From the NCBI RefSeq assembly GCF_040938485.1, contig NW_027272221.1:682001-746000 (forward strand): 64,000 bases of DNA. The letters run 5' to 3'. The notes beneath the pieces were generated by a model that was not told the origin of the DNA, ran no database searches, and saw nothing but the letters and a program-made list of their open reading frames with translations. Both the position numbers and the translations under genes were made by a program. Positions 35,547-47,943 of this stretch are shown here, piece after piece (within the stretch, counting starts at the first letter, position 1; each line of letters starts with the position of its first letter). The DNA comes from Diadema antillarum. Taxonomy: Eukaryota.

Positions 35547-36356
35547 TCGACGAAGATCGTATAGGTGTCGCGGAATTATTGTCTTGTCCATATCCATCCA
35601 ATCAGATGGGGATTAATAAAACAGACAGATAAAAATCATTATCTCGGTATGTTTGTCAACATAATGTAACCTCCTGAATAAATGACGTCACATAATCATT
35701 GCCTCTTTGTCATCTACGTCGATATATAAATCTAATACTAGTCGAAATTGAATGGTCTTTATTGGTAAAATGAGATCGAATTTCGCATTTTTGGTAAAAT
35801 ATTTTAATCATACATATTGATCATACATATTACGATCTTTTGAAAAAAAAAAGTATTCCCAAACTAGTGTTTTGCAGGCCATTTAGAAAGTAATTATGGT
35901 GTTATGATGGAATTACCATGAACAGCGCATCGTACAAAACTGATACACATAGGCAGTTTCTGTCTATGTGTCTGAAAAGTGATTATACTTTTATGTTTTC
36001 AATAATTTGATGGCTTCCCCATTTCCAATAAATAACAGCATTTCGATATCAATACTATACTGCAGGATGTGTGCTAAAATAACATTTTCTTCCAGCTGTG
36101 TGGTGTGTTTAATAGTTCGCTATCGTTGCCCTTTATATTAAAAGTTCATAGCATTAAAGATGATTCTATTCTCTTTAATTTGATTTGATTTATGGTCGCT
36201 TAGCTAAGTACTACTGATATTATATTTTCAAATGAAGTCGCGGTGACATCTCAATACATTATGTATATGAGGAATAAATTTCGATTTAATTTTTTTTTAA
36301 TAAAACATCCCTTTACTACCTGTTCTCTACTCAATGAATACAACACTACCGTAATT

Positions 36357-36400
<44 letters not shown>

Positions 36401-36844
36401 TCCAGTATACGCCATTTGGAAAAAGTGATGCAGGAATAGCGTTCACGACATTCACACTATTTCTATACAGAAACTGAAACACAGTGTGTTCATTAATTTG
36501 AAAAGAAAAAGGGTAACCGAAGCTTAAGGTCAGCTATGTCACGAATACATGGTTTATTATTGTGAAATGTTTACTAAAATATAAAGTGGCTCATCAGTTT
36601 TGCTTTAACATCTTGCTTGCGTCATCATTGTCACGGATCACAGAGTTAGGGTCCTTCGAAGTTGAAGGGTACAAAACAAGTCTTCCAAGTTTTTGTTTGT
36701 AATTATGTAACCAACTTTTCTGTAAGCTTCTGGTTTCATCGTTTGCTTGTTTCTTTGTTTTTCACACCAATACTTTTTCCTGTGTTAACGTTTCGCGAGT
36801 GATTTAATTTACAATCTCTGCACGGTGAGCACATCATTCAGCCC

Positions 36845-37350
36845 TTACCTTTTATGCACCAACACCTTCGACCTGTCCATCTCCCCTGTCGACACAAACT
36901 GTGAACGACGCTGCATGTCTCGCACTGCTCTTCTAACCACTGCGGGATCATGACGAAGAACATCGATCTCATGCCGAATACGCGCCTGCATGTCATTCAG
37001 ATCACGTGGTGGGGATCTGTATACCCTGCTCTTTCTATTGGTATCCCCAGAGGAAAAAGTCACAGGGTGTCAAGTCAGGAGATTGTAGGGGCCATTCCAC
37101 CTCATGATTGAGGGCTATTATGCATTGGCCATATAGCTCTACCAGCCTCTCACGGAAGCTCGAAGACGGTGAGCTGGAGCACCATCCTGTAACCATGGTA
37201 ACCACCAAAAGTGCCGGAAAACTCCTCGATCCTGTCTATCAAAGTTCCTTCTAGCTAAGGCACAATGTCCTCTTTGATCAAGTTTGTCGCACATACCACC
37301 ATTCATGTTTCTGCTGAAGAAGAGCGGCCCAATTATGGGATAGCATTTCA
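36845..37350 (-). pseudogene. Tc1/mariner transposase relic, DD41D (rosa) type
   Basis: WLQDGAPAH...WPLQSPDLTPCDFFLWGY*KSRVY; 122 nt separate the second and third Asp codons, equal to 41 codons with a 1-nt deletion. Confidence 0.85.
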
Positions 37351-38548
37351 TCAAAACTTGGTGTGGAAAAACAAACAAACAAACAAACAAACAAACAAAG
37401 GATGAAACAACAACAACGAAAATACAGAAAAGTTGGTTTCGTACTTTACAAACCAGAATCTTGGAAAAGGTAGGTTTTGTACCCTTCACCTTCGAAGGAC
37501 CCCTAAATCTGTGATCCGTCAGGGGCGGATCCAAGAATTCCGTAAAGAGGGGGCGCGTTTACAAAATCAAAGGGGGGGGGGCGCACGCACCCCTCCCCCA
37601 TTTTTTTCTTTTTATTTCTTTTGTTTCAACAAAAAATAAAGGGGGGGGGGCGTGCGCCGGTTGCGGTCCGTCCTGTATCTGCCACTGTCCGTGACAATTT
37701 TGACGCGAGCAAGGTTCGAAATTAAAGCTGAAGAGCTACTTTGTCTACTAGTATATTGCAGTGAACATTTTACGAGAATAAACCATATATTCTTGACAAC
37801 GCTGACCTTTGGAACTTCGGTTACCTTTTTTTTTTTCAGACACGCTGAATAGACACAGATATTTGACGGCAAAATATGAAACTGCCACAATCTCTCCTTT
37901 ATCAAAGAGTTGTCATTAAAAAAAAGTAATTTACTCAGTCGACATCGAAAAAGAGTTATTATAAATCTCCAATCACATGAAAATGTATGCGTATATATAT
38001 AAATGTGTGTGTGTGTGTATGCATGTATGTGCATTACAGCTTTTAATCTACCTAAACAACAGACCAACAAAAAAAACCGCATGATTTTTCATAGTAAATA
38101 AAAAAAGAGACGAAATACTTAATTGACTCCAAAATTATAACTTTTATTTTCCTCTATATACTGAAAAGAAAATCTGAAATGCAGGTGCGTATATCTCAAA
38201 TATTATCTATATTATTATTTTAATCCAAGTTAGAAGGCTAGCCACTATCCTATGACACCAAACCAACAGCTCTCAAAACAATTGTTCTTCATTGGCAAAT
38301 AAATCAAGCGATAAAATATTTGGTGGATAATTATGTATCATTGTAAAGAAGAAAAAATGCATTTGTTTACATGTCTAAGTGATTAGAATTCGAGTCATTC
38401 AGCTAAAATTATGTACATAACAATAAAGTAAAACATTATTTGGTACCGTACCGAACGCGAAATAGATGATTTCCTACACCTGGAAAAGGAAAACAGCAGA
38501 ACGCAATCACTACGACCAGAAGATCTAGCTTCATCTTGTCAAGGGAAG

Positions 38549-38592
<44 letters not shown>

Positions 38593-39151
38593 TTGCTGCT
38601 AATTTCTTAATCAACAAGAAGAGAGGAAAGCGCAAAAAAAGAAACACTAAATGAAAGAAGGAAAAAGAAAAAGCAAAACTAAGGAAAGGGTGACGGACTG
38701 AACAGAATGACTTGAAAGGCTGACTTTTTCATTTAACAAAGCTCTTCATAAACTAGCAAAATGCTGAACAAAATCCTACAGTAATGTGCTCTGTGCTCAT
38801 GATTACTTTTTGATCTTTGTTCGTTACGACTTTGAACAAACATTTCAGTTGTCTATTGTTTTGTGCATATCCTTATTCATATCCTAGTCTATTCTAATGT
38901 CATACCGGTGATGTTTGTTTTTCCAAAGGTTAGTTAATCTGACAATGAAGTAAGGTTCGTTATTCCGAAGGTTCGTTAATCTAGAATTGAAAACAAGGTA
39001 CGAAGTAACGAACCTTTAGAATAACGGAACTTCAGAATGAGTGCAAGAAGTTAAATATCTCCTATGGTAGAGGTGATTCGATAAACTTAAACAGCTAAGG
39101 GCATCTTATTCAACCTGCCAACTAAAATGCTTAGGCTCAACCTTGGGCTCA

Positions 39152-40228
39152 CTAGACAGACTGACACTCGTCTTGCCCGAATATTGGCCCCTTGACCCTC
39201 GCTGTGGAGCGACAGCTGAACAGTTCCTTCAACGCAACTCTGAACTGAGGGTAGCGAATAAGGTATACCATGGGATTAACACAAGAGTTGAAGAAGGCTA
39301 TGTTCACGAGGAGGTTGTACGGGGTGCTGAAGAGAAAGTCGGGGTCGAGCAGTTGAAGGCCCAGGGCCAAGTAAGCTATGCTATCAGGTGTCCAGCAGAT
39401 GACGAAAATAAGCACAACGATCAGGACTAGAGTGATCACCTTTTTCCGAGCAAGGAGCAGCTTAGCCGATTGTCCAGAATTCTGTCGGTTTGCTTCCAAA
39501 CGTAGGAAATCACGCCGAAGCGCCCTAGCAACGAGGACCTGGGTAAACAGCATGATGGCTACCGGGGCAAGCAGCATTGTAAAGAGTTCCTGAAAGGCAA
39601 AGTAAGTACGTGACTCTGGAGAGGGGTAGTTTACAATGCATCTTCTTGATGTTGCCTCGACAACGGTTACTGCAAAACTTCGACACTTCAGTCCAAGGGA
39701 CAGTAACCAGATCATAAGGATCAAGACCACGGTACGTCGGGGAGTCATCCAGCGTTTGAAGTGGAGAGGGTGTACGATGGCGATGTAGCGTTCTACCGAT
39801 ATGGCCGTCAGGGTGAAAACCGAGGCGTTTATGGATATCCACATGAACACAGCAGACCTTATGATCTTGCAGGCGGCATGGCCCAGAAAGGTCAGGGGAA
39901 CTCGGACCGGCTTTGGTTGCGGAAAGATGAGCAGAGACGTGAGAAAGTCCGCAACTGCGAGGGCACCGATTAGTGTGTCGGTCGAAATTCTCGCAGCCCT
40001 CCTCTGAAAGAGAACCATGATGACCAGCATGTTACCCACAATGCCACACGAGGAGAGGACAGACTGTGTGATGTCAGACCATCTCCACTCCATAGGCTGC
40101 CAAACCCATTCGCTCTCCTGAAATGCCTGTGTCTGATATGGAACAGTCGAAGACTCTGGAGCCATACTCGAGATGACATCAGTGATTGGTGTGTATATTT
40201 CGCGAGTCGCAAAACTTGGTCCCGCCAT
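39152..40228 (-). CDS. Class A (rhodopsin-like) GPCR, galanin/allatostatin-A-receptor-like orphan type, 358 aa, single coding exon
   Basis: GN (TM1), LAVAD (TM2), C and ERY (TM3), W (TM4), ECL2 Cys, P (TM5), CWTP (TM6), NPMVY (TM7); first ATG at 40228 follows an acceptor ttactcccacag 4 nt upstream. Confidence 0.93.
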   Translation of the reverse strand: MAGPSFATREIYTPITDVISSMAPESSTVPYQTQAFQESEWVWQPMEWRWSDITQSVLSSCGIVGNMLVIMVLFQRRAARISTDTLIGALAVADFLTSLLIFPQPKPVRVPLTFLGHAACKIIRSAVFMWISINASVFTLTAISVERYIAIVHPLHFKRWMTPRRTVVLILMIWLLSLGLKCRSFAVTVVEATSRRCIVNYPSPESRTYFAFQELFTMLLAPVAIMLFTQVLVARALRRDFLRLEANRQNSGQSAKLLLARKKVITLVLIVVLIFVICWTPDSIAYLALGLQLLDPDFLFSTPYNLLVNIAFFNSCVNPMVYLIRYPQFRVALKELFSCRSTARVKGPIFGQDECQSV

Positions 40229-41412
40229 TCCTCTGTGGGAGTAATCCGTCAATCAGTGGATCGAATGTTTTAGGAAAAAATATGGCGCAATACGACTTTA
40301 AACGCTCTTTCACGTTATCACGTTTTAAGTGCTTTCGAAGAGATACGTTAGGCGACTTACGGAATATTGGATGACATGACCCAACGATTCGATAAAGTAC
40401 TATTAGTGGAACGACACGACAGTGGCAGCATCAGATGCATACAACAAAATGTACATGTCAGTGAGTAGAGACTAATGTAAAAATGTGGAAACTCGGAAGA
40501 GGTATGCGTACAAAATCGGGAAAAAATGATTCAATCGCCATCATTTCGGCGTTTTATTTCAAAGGATTTTTTTTTTTTCGGGAGGGGGGTTGAGCGGAAA
40601 GACGATGGCACGACGTACATTAACAATTCAGGAGAACAAATTGCATTTCACTGTTTATGTGTGTTGTCTCCGGACTGCGCTTTTCTGTCTCAAGGATACA
40701 TAAATGAATTATATTGTAGGCTTCCCTAAAAAAAAATGTAATTCTACAAGCAATATAAAGAAAAGCACGTCACTGTAGATGCAGTAATGTGAAAGAGACG
40801 AAATGGCAAGAAAAGGGTCACGGAGTAATTGCTTGATCTTTTCAATCAACACTAATCATATTTTCAGAAGTAAAATTGTAAAATATGCAAAGAAAGGGGC
40901 ATAGATATTCCCAACATGGAAGTCAAAACTTTCACGATGTGCAGGAAATTGCAAGAATGGTGAACATGACTAGTTGTGAGAGAATATTACTGCAGTGAAT
41001 ACCACAGTGAATGTGTGCAATGAATAAAATGATTGGATGCAATTTTCTTGTTTCACACATGAAAGAAACATATTGGCTTAAGTTATAATTCAGTTGAAGT
41101 TTCTAATGTGATTGCTTACAATCTTGAAAAAAAATATATGGATGTAGTAATGAAGAGTTTGAATTCAGAGATTTTCAAACAAGGTCATCAGCAAAAAGAG
41201 AAAAAAATTCGTTCAACAATACTGCAGTCGTTTCATAAAGACGGAGTAGTTTTGAAGATATTAAGATTATCAAATAATATTTCGATTGCTTTAATCTAAA
41301 ACATCTCCAGTTGATGAAAATGAATGTATCGGTTTTTGTACTCAAACTCTTATCACTATAATATGAACACAGACAACTGAAAATATAATTCTAGATCAAT
41401 TATATATCTTAC

Positions 41413-41465
41413 CTCTGCTCAGTCTCTCTGCAATGAAAGCTCCTGCGAGAATCAAGATGCACTGT
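41413..41465 (-). other. Candidate upstream (5' UTR) exon of GPCR1
   Basis: GAG|GTAAG donor at 41412 and a possible ttttgctgtag acceptor; lies 1.2 kb above the GPCR1 acceptor. Confidence 0.3.
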
Positions 41466-42590
41466 CTACAGCAAAACCTTAGTGGATGCCAACGAATCAA
41501 CCTGTGCTTTTAGGATTTGAATAATTCCCGGTTGGCACGACAACAAGAACAACAAAGAATGTCCGTTGGCGCCTTATATTTGACAACGGGAGCTCACACT
41601 GAAATGCTGGAACCAATCATATTATCTCATTATTACAATGTCTGTCTCATATTCAATCTGGAGTTTACGCTGTCATTGATTGGACTATTATTATCTATTT
41701 AAAAGCGTAGATTTATGAATTGAAATCTAAATTGAGGTTGCATGTATTCCATTGATGTATATCTGGAGTAATGATGGAAAAAAATCCATTTTCTGCTGTC
41801 ATTTGTCAATGCGTACTTTTGAGACATGTCTACTCTTTGACAATTGAAAGGGACGGAAGAATATATTTTCCCCTTTTTCTAACTAAATCAGAATGATTTA
41901 GGAAATGCTTTCATTTGCGTGGAGCTGGAAAAGAGGTATAGCGTGAGCAAAACTTATTCACACAAGCGTAATTAAAAAAAAATGTTCTTGAAATAAATGT
42001 CTATCAATCAAAATTGTCACAATAGAGGAATGCATTCGGATTCGGATTTTTAATTAAAATCAAGGCAATTGGCATTTAATGCATTCCTCTATTGTGACAT
42101 TATTGTTGCTATTTCTAGTACCTGCCAATACGCGGAGCTACAATGTTTATAAATAAATAAGTGAATATATATATATATATATATATATATGATATCATAT
42201 GTATATATGATATGGTATAGGTTGGTGAAGATTTGATGAGATGATGACGATGATGATAGGGTTTATGTATTATTATTGTGTTTGTTCTATTTCATCATTT
42301 TTTAACGAGGATTATTGTATTGATATTGTTGAAGATAATTACACCAATGTTGTTATTGTAACGCAGAAATAGTATATGTATTGATATTTGATTGATGGAT
42401 TAATATTTGACAGTTTATGTGTGAAATGGTATGTATATTTTGTGTTCCGGTAATGTAAACTCCAATATTGTTTTTTGTACCCCATGTACGTGTCTTAACC
42501 TGCCATTCGTTTTGAATGAAACGGTGGACCTGGTTTTTTTGTATATGTGTCATTCTAACACTTCCTTGAACTTGAATAAAGTCATGATTA

Positions 42591-42635
<45 letters not shown>

Positions 42636-43075
42636 AAGTAGAACTTTCAGTTACAAAATATACAAAGGGACCTTGTATAAAAGAACAACACAAAATGCAT
42701 ACAGATCTACATATGCGCACATAAAGCAAATATGTAGGCTTATATACACATGTTCAACAAGCTTGTATTCACACACATTCGCAAACACACACACACACAT
42801 AAATGACTATACACATCCGTGTATAAGTCGCTGTACACAATATTGTCTGGTCGGGATAACGCATGTACTTCCTGGAATCAGGCAAAAGTAAAGTAAAAGA
42901 TAAGAAATGCTTGTGATTTGGAGTTCCTAGAAGTATTTGAAAATAGACTTTGGTTTGCAAGGAAAAAGAATCTTTTGCATACCTTGATTTGTTGACAGAA
43001 ATCGTGATTTCAAGCGGCGCCAGTGAATGTTTCAATGGATCCAGTTGAAGGGGTAATCTTCTTCTATACCCTTAA

Positions 43076-43430
43076 AGGGACTGTACAGTACTGGTTGAGG
43101 TGGGGATTCATGTTTTGAATATTCTTAAATGAGATAATGAGAAACCTTTTATGAAATATGAAAGAGCATGTAATTTTAAGAATGATTCAACGTTTATTTG
43201 ATGAAAATTGGTTTTCAAATGGCTCAGATATCCAAAAAAGTGATTATAATAAAAGGCGACATGCCACAACTTTATTAGGATCTTTTTGTTTCATCTTGTT
43301 TTTGGATATCTCAGTCATTTCAAAACCGATTTTCATCAAGTAAACTTTTGATACCCCTTAGAATCGCATGATCTTTGACATCTCACAGAGTGGTTTCTGA
43401 ATATCTCGCAAAACGTAAAAAGCATTAATG
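43076..43430. mobile_element. TTAA-type MITE family copy (right end missing)
   Basis: TTAA|AGGGACTGTACAGTACTGGTTGAGG; similar to 47558-47939. Confidence 0.7.
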
Positions 43431-43759
43431 CAGCCAAATAACAAAATGAAACTGTGGCACTCTCTTTCAAAGAGTTGCATTGTAATATTGTACGTTTCCT
43501 ATTGAAAGCAGTTGCTACATAAATCATATTGCAGCTCTTTGGTGATTTCGGTGGTATAGTCCCCACCCCCCCCCCCCCACACACACACTTACAAGCGAGT
43601 GTGTTTACACATGCACCTGCATACAGTTACACACATTGTTCGTGATCACTATTAATTCCTCCTTTATCCGTTAAAAAAATGTATTACTGATAGTAAGCTT
43701 GTATTATCAGCATCATTTAAGATATACCAATGATTGTACAATGGTATATGTATGAATTT

Positions 43760-43990
43760 GATAGAAATCTACTTTATTGGTATGTTGGTGTTGCTGTTGT
43801 GTTCATTCCAGTGTTCCACGTCCTACAAGCTTGGCTTTTAAGTGGAACAGTCTTTTCCACCGTTATGATTACTTCTTCTTTTTTGTTACAATGACAAAGT
43901 GTGCATTTTTGTTAATATCATTTGTGCATAATCATATTTCAATGTTCAATGAACTGTCCTATTCAGTTGGATGAAAGTCAAATTTACACA
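43760..43990 (+). mobile_element. LINE 3' UTR fragment related to the 48-51 kb LINE
   Basis: High similarity to 50450-50590, including the GTTCCAC...GTGGAAC hairpin. Confidence 0.65.
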
Positions 43991-44295
43991 TGTACTGCTT
44001 TGAATCATGTTTTTAATGGAAATAGTTAAACTATTGAAATTTATAACGCATCGGCAGTGTGACAGTCCGCATCCTATAATGAAAATGACGACGGATACAG
44101 TACAAATCCATTTTATACTTGAATAGCTAGCAGATTTCATGAAGGTTAGAATTTTCAGTTGTGGTGTTTGTAATATTTACAGACATTCAAATGACTTTAC
44201 GTGTCTAAAATGCATTAAATTTTCCCCTTATTGCAGGCATTATACTGCATAGCGCACTAAAGGTGTACTGCAGCTTTAAGCGCGAGCGAGAGAGG

Positions 44296-44334
<39 letters not shown>

Positions 44335-45094
44335 AGTAAAAAAAGTCTGAATTCAAGAAAAGAATAGCAAATGATATCTACCCGACGTTTGGGATTTGTT
44401 GCAAGTGAAATTACTTACTACGCGCATGCCATTGTAAGATATGACTGATTGAGCGTGGAAGAACCTCGCTTTTAAAATGGCGATTCATATAGAATTCTTG
44501 GTTTCCATGAAGAAATCCTAAATAGATGGAGATGAATGAATCACCACCTTAGTCATTCGACTTTTAAAAGGTATTCTATTTCGTCCCTGGTAGCCTTTAG
44601 CAGCAGGCTAGAAAAGATATATCAATAAGTTCACAGTGCGTAAAAGCAAAAATTTCAAAAGCTAAAAATTTTGTTTTTCATAATACTTAATCTTGCCTGA
44701 AAGGTCAAGAATGTTTTATCTTCTTGGAACACTCCTTTACAGCCATTTGCCAGTTGTTATTTGAATGGACTGGCAAACTTGTAATAAATTTGCCAATATC
44801 GAGAGCTGGCCTTGGGCACGAGTCGTACGCTAGATCTCTTCCCTCGTATAGGCCTTATTTATTTGTAGCAGTGCCTGAGATATGTGTATATCAGCGTGCA
44901 TGCATGTGACTGGATTAAAACACACATTGTTCCAGTTAATTTTACTTTCAGTTTTATATGAGAATTTAACAACATAGATTTATGATAACATTTACCCTAC
45001 ACTTCCTGACCCCACGATCGCAAACTTATTACTCCTAATTAGAAAGTAACTTACAATACGTGCTTCTACGAAGCTTCTCACGAAGATTACTTAA

Positions 45095-45654
45095 AGGAAA
45101 TCCAAACCCAAAGAGAAATGTGGATTGAGTGAAAGCAGTAACATTAGTAGAATATATCAGTAAAAGTTTGAGAAAAATCGGACAATCGATGCAAAAGTTA
45201 TGAATTTTCAAAGTTTTGGTGTTGGAACCACTGGATGAGGAGACTATTAGAGGTTATGACATACTATGTGTGGACAACAGTATAAAGAAAATATAAAGGG
45301 AATTCCACAAATATTCATTTTTCATGAAAATTACACATTCCGTCAACTTGATACAGACATATGTTAAGGGTGGCAATTATTCCCCCTGCTTTCTGAAAGC
45401 GGTTAGTTAAGTGCTCTTTCATAATGCTAGAAAAGTGAAATTTTGTGGAGCTTTCTTTATATTTTCTTTATATTGTTGTCCACACATACGTCATAACGTC
45501 TAGTAGTCTCCTCATCCAGCGGTTCCAACACCAAAATTTAAAAATTCATAACTTTTGCATCGATTGTCCGATTTTCCTCAAACTTTTACTGATGTGTTCT
45601 ACTAATGTTGCTGCTTTCACTCAGTCCACATTGCTCTTTGGGTTTTGGTTTCCT
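45095..45654. mobile_element. 560-bp Kolobok-like MITE with about 220-bp TIRs
   Basis: TTAA at 45091-45094 and 45655-45658; AGGAAATCCAAACCC / GGTTTTGGTTTCCT; a diverged right-half copy near 63130-63370. Confidence 0.85.
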
Positions 45655-46019
45655 TTAATTTACAGGAGAAATATAGTGCCTCAGTCCCAAGGTTCGCTAA
45701 TCCGAAATTGAAACAAGGTTCGTACTTCCGAAGGTTCGTTAGTACGCACCTTCTTTTAATTTTAAGATAAACGAACCTTCGGACTAAAGCCACAAACGTT
45801 TGGACTAATAAACTCTATCTCGGATTGATCCCAACATCTATACAGTCGTAGCTATCTATGTGTTTCGAAATAACGAACATGCTCTACCCCACCTCAAGGT
45901 TGCTCAAAACCACCCTCTGTCTTCCTCTCTTTTTAATCTTACAAGAGCTATTTATGTGTCTCGATGATGCAAGAAGTATAGGAAGACATACCAAATCCAA
46001 TCTTTGGATTAAAAAAAAT

Positions 46020-46084
<65 letters not shown>

Positions 46085-47557
46085 AGTGTGTGGGTGTGGG
46101 GGAGGGGTCATACAAGGAAGTAAAGGGTAAAGACGATTACTCGTGAAAGAGTTTATTCTACTTGTTAAAGACATCGTTGTATGAACTAATATAATATCAT
46201 TGCAGCATATATTTGCTTCGTTGACATGTTTGAAAAGTGACGTCTTGGTTTAGCCTTGATTAGACTGCAGGCATAAACCCTTTTTGGTGGTAAAGGAGGC
46301 TGCGCCAAAACTACTACATGCACGACTGGCACTGTCCCATATAGATCCTGTAGCTGTAGCATACATAGAGTACTGTAGCCTTTGTCGGGAGCCTCTATAC
46401 AGTGGAGGGAATATGAAAGAGATTTGGCACTTTAGCACAGACCCCTTTACGACTAAGAAGGATTTGTGTCTGCAAACTAGTTTCGCCTAGAGTGCGTGAG
46501 ACCATTCACGATTCTGTGATAAACTATTTAATGATTTGCCTTTCTCTACTATTAAACTTTACAGTAATGGTTGGAATTCTCTTTAGCCGCAGTGACAAAA
46601 CAAGCAGCTTAGATCTATACTATTATTCCGCTTCAATTGCCATTCATGATATGAGTGCATTTTTCGTACCTCCATAATTGCACAAATGTCCAGATCAAGT
46701 TAGGATGGACGAGCAGACCTGGGACTTCACGAATGAATGGGTAAACTTTAATTCTTTCTACCCCTGCAGTGAGGAATACAACGGCCTTGCATTACTTGTA
46801 CACGTTGGACGTGGTAGGCGATCATATCCCAGCATGCTTTTCGATATTTCACCAATGTTTCGACCTTCGCTGCATTTTTGAGCTGCAAGCACTACGCTTT
46901 AACAGGTTTGTTTTTATTTTGTAATTGTTCCATAGTCAACGTTTTACAAGTAAACCATGAACACAACAAGAAATCGAATGGATAAATTGTCTAATATACA
47001 ACAAATTATTAAAGGGAATTGATATATGTGAATACGAGGAATCCAGTGGCTGATCCAGGCGGATCCAGGTCCGCCCCCTATTTTTTTTAAACAAAAGAAA
47101 TAACAAGAAATACATGGAGGGGTGCGTGCGCCTTCATTTAATTCCTGGATCCGTCTCTGGGAATCCACATAGAAACAATGCTTGTACGAGCGTAGATTTC
47201 CAAAATGTATTGATACCCTGAAAAAAAAGAGACGAACATTGCTTAATGAAGGTGTCAGAACATGAAGAATACCAGTAGATCCCATATATTGTCTGTCCCA
47301 ACATGCTTTTTCTTTCCACCTGTTTAGGCACTTGTGAGCGCTGCGCTATGGAGTAGGGATGCACTGACATGGTGAACACCTCTTTCTGGACGTGTCGGAA
47401 CATAAGGGTGATATTGAGCTATCAATAGTCTGAAAATACCAATAGAAAGCTTGTGTACACCCAGTAATAAAGAAGACCAAAAAAAATCATACCTGTGGTT
47501 TCTCTAGGCAGCGCTACTACTTGCCTACTGATAAATTCGCAAGATTAAAAACATGAA

Positions 47558-47939
47558 AGGGGCTGAACAGTACTGGTTGAGGTGGGGATTCATGTTTTTT
47601 ACATTCCTACGTGAGATAATGAGAAATCTCTTATGAAATATGAAAGGGTATGTAATTTCAAGAAGGATTCAAGGTTTATTCGATGAAAATTGGTTTTCAA
47701 ATGGCTGAGATATCCAAAAAGTGATAATAATAAGAGACTACAGGCCGCACCTTTTATCAGGATCTCTTTGTGTCACATTGTTTTTGGATATCTCAGCCAT
47801 TTCAAAAGCAATTTACATCAAATAAACTTTTGGTACCCTTTAGAATTCCATGCTCTTTGACATCTTATAGAGTGGTTTCTGAATATCTCGCTAAACGTTA
47901 AAAGCTAAATCCTCACCTCGACCAGAACTCACACACCCT
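47558..47939. mobile_element. TTAA-type MITE, joined tail-to-tail with a second copy
   Basis: Ends ...CACCCT|CTAA|AGTGATGG..., where the inverted second copy begins. Confidence 0.7.
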
Positions 47940-47943
47940 CTAA

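Noticed and set aside
40229-40252. ORF-track start of GPCR1
   Set aside because: It is a TTG codon upstream of the splice acceptor; the first ATG is at 40228.
46261-46479. 36-bp inverted repeat as a structured ncRNA
   Set aside because: The 8 mismatches are mostly transitions with no strand-consistent pattern, which fits an aged MITE with TAG termini better.
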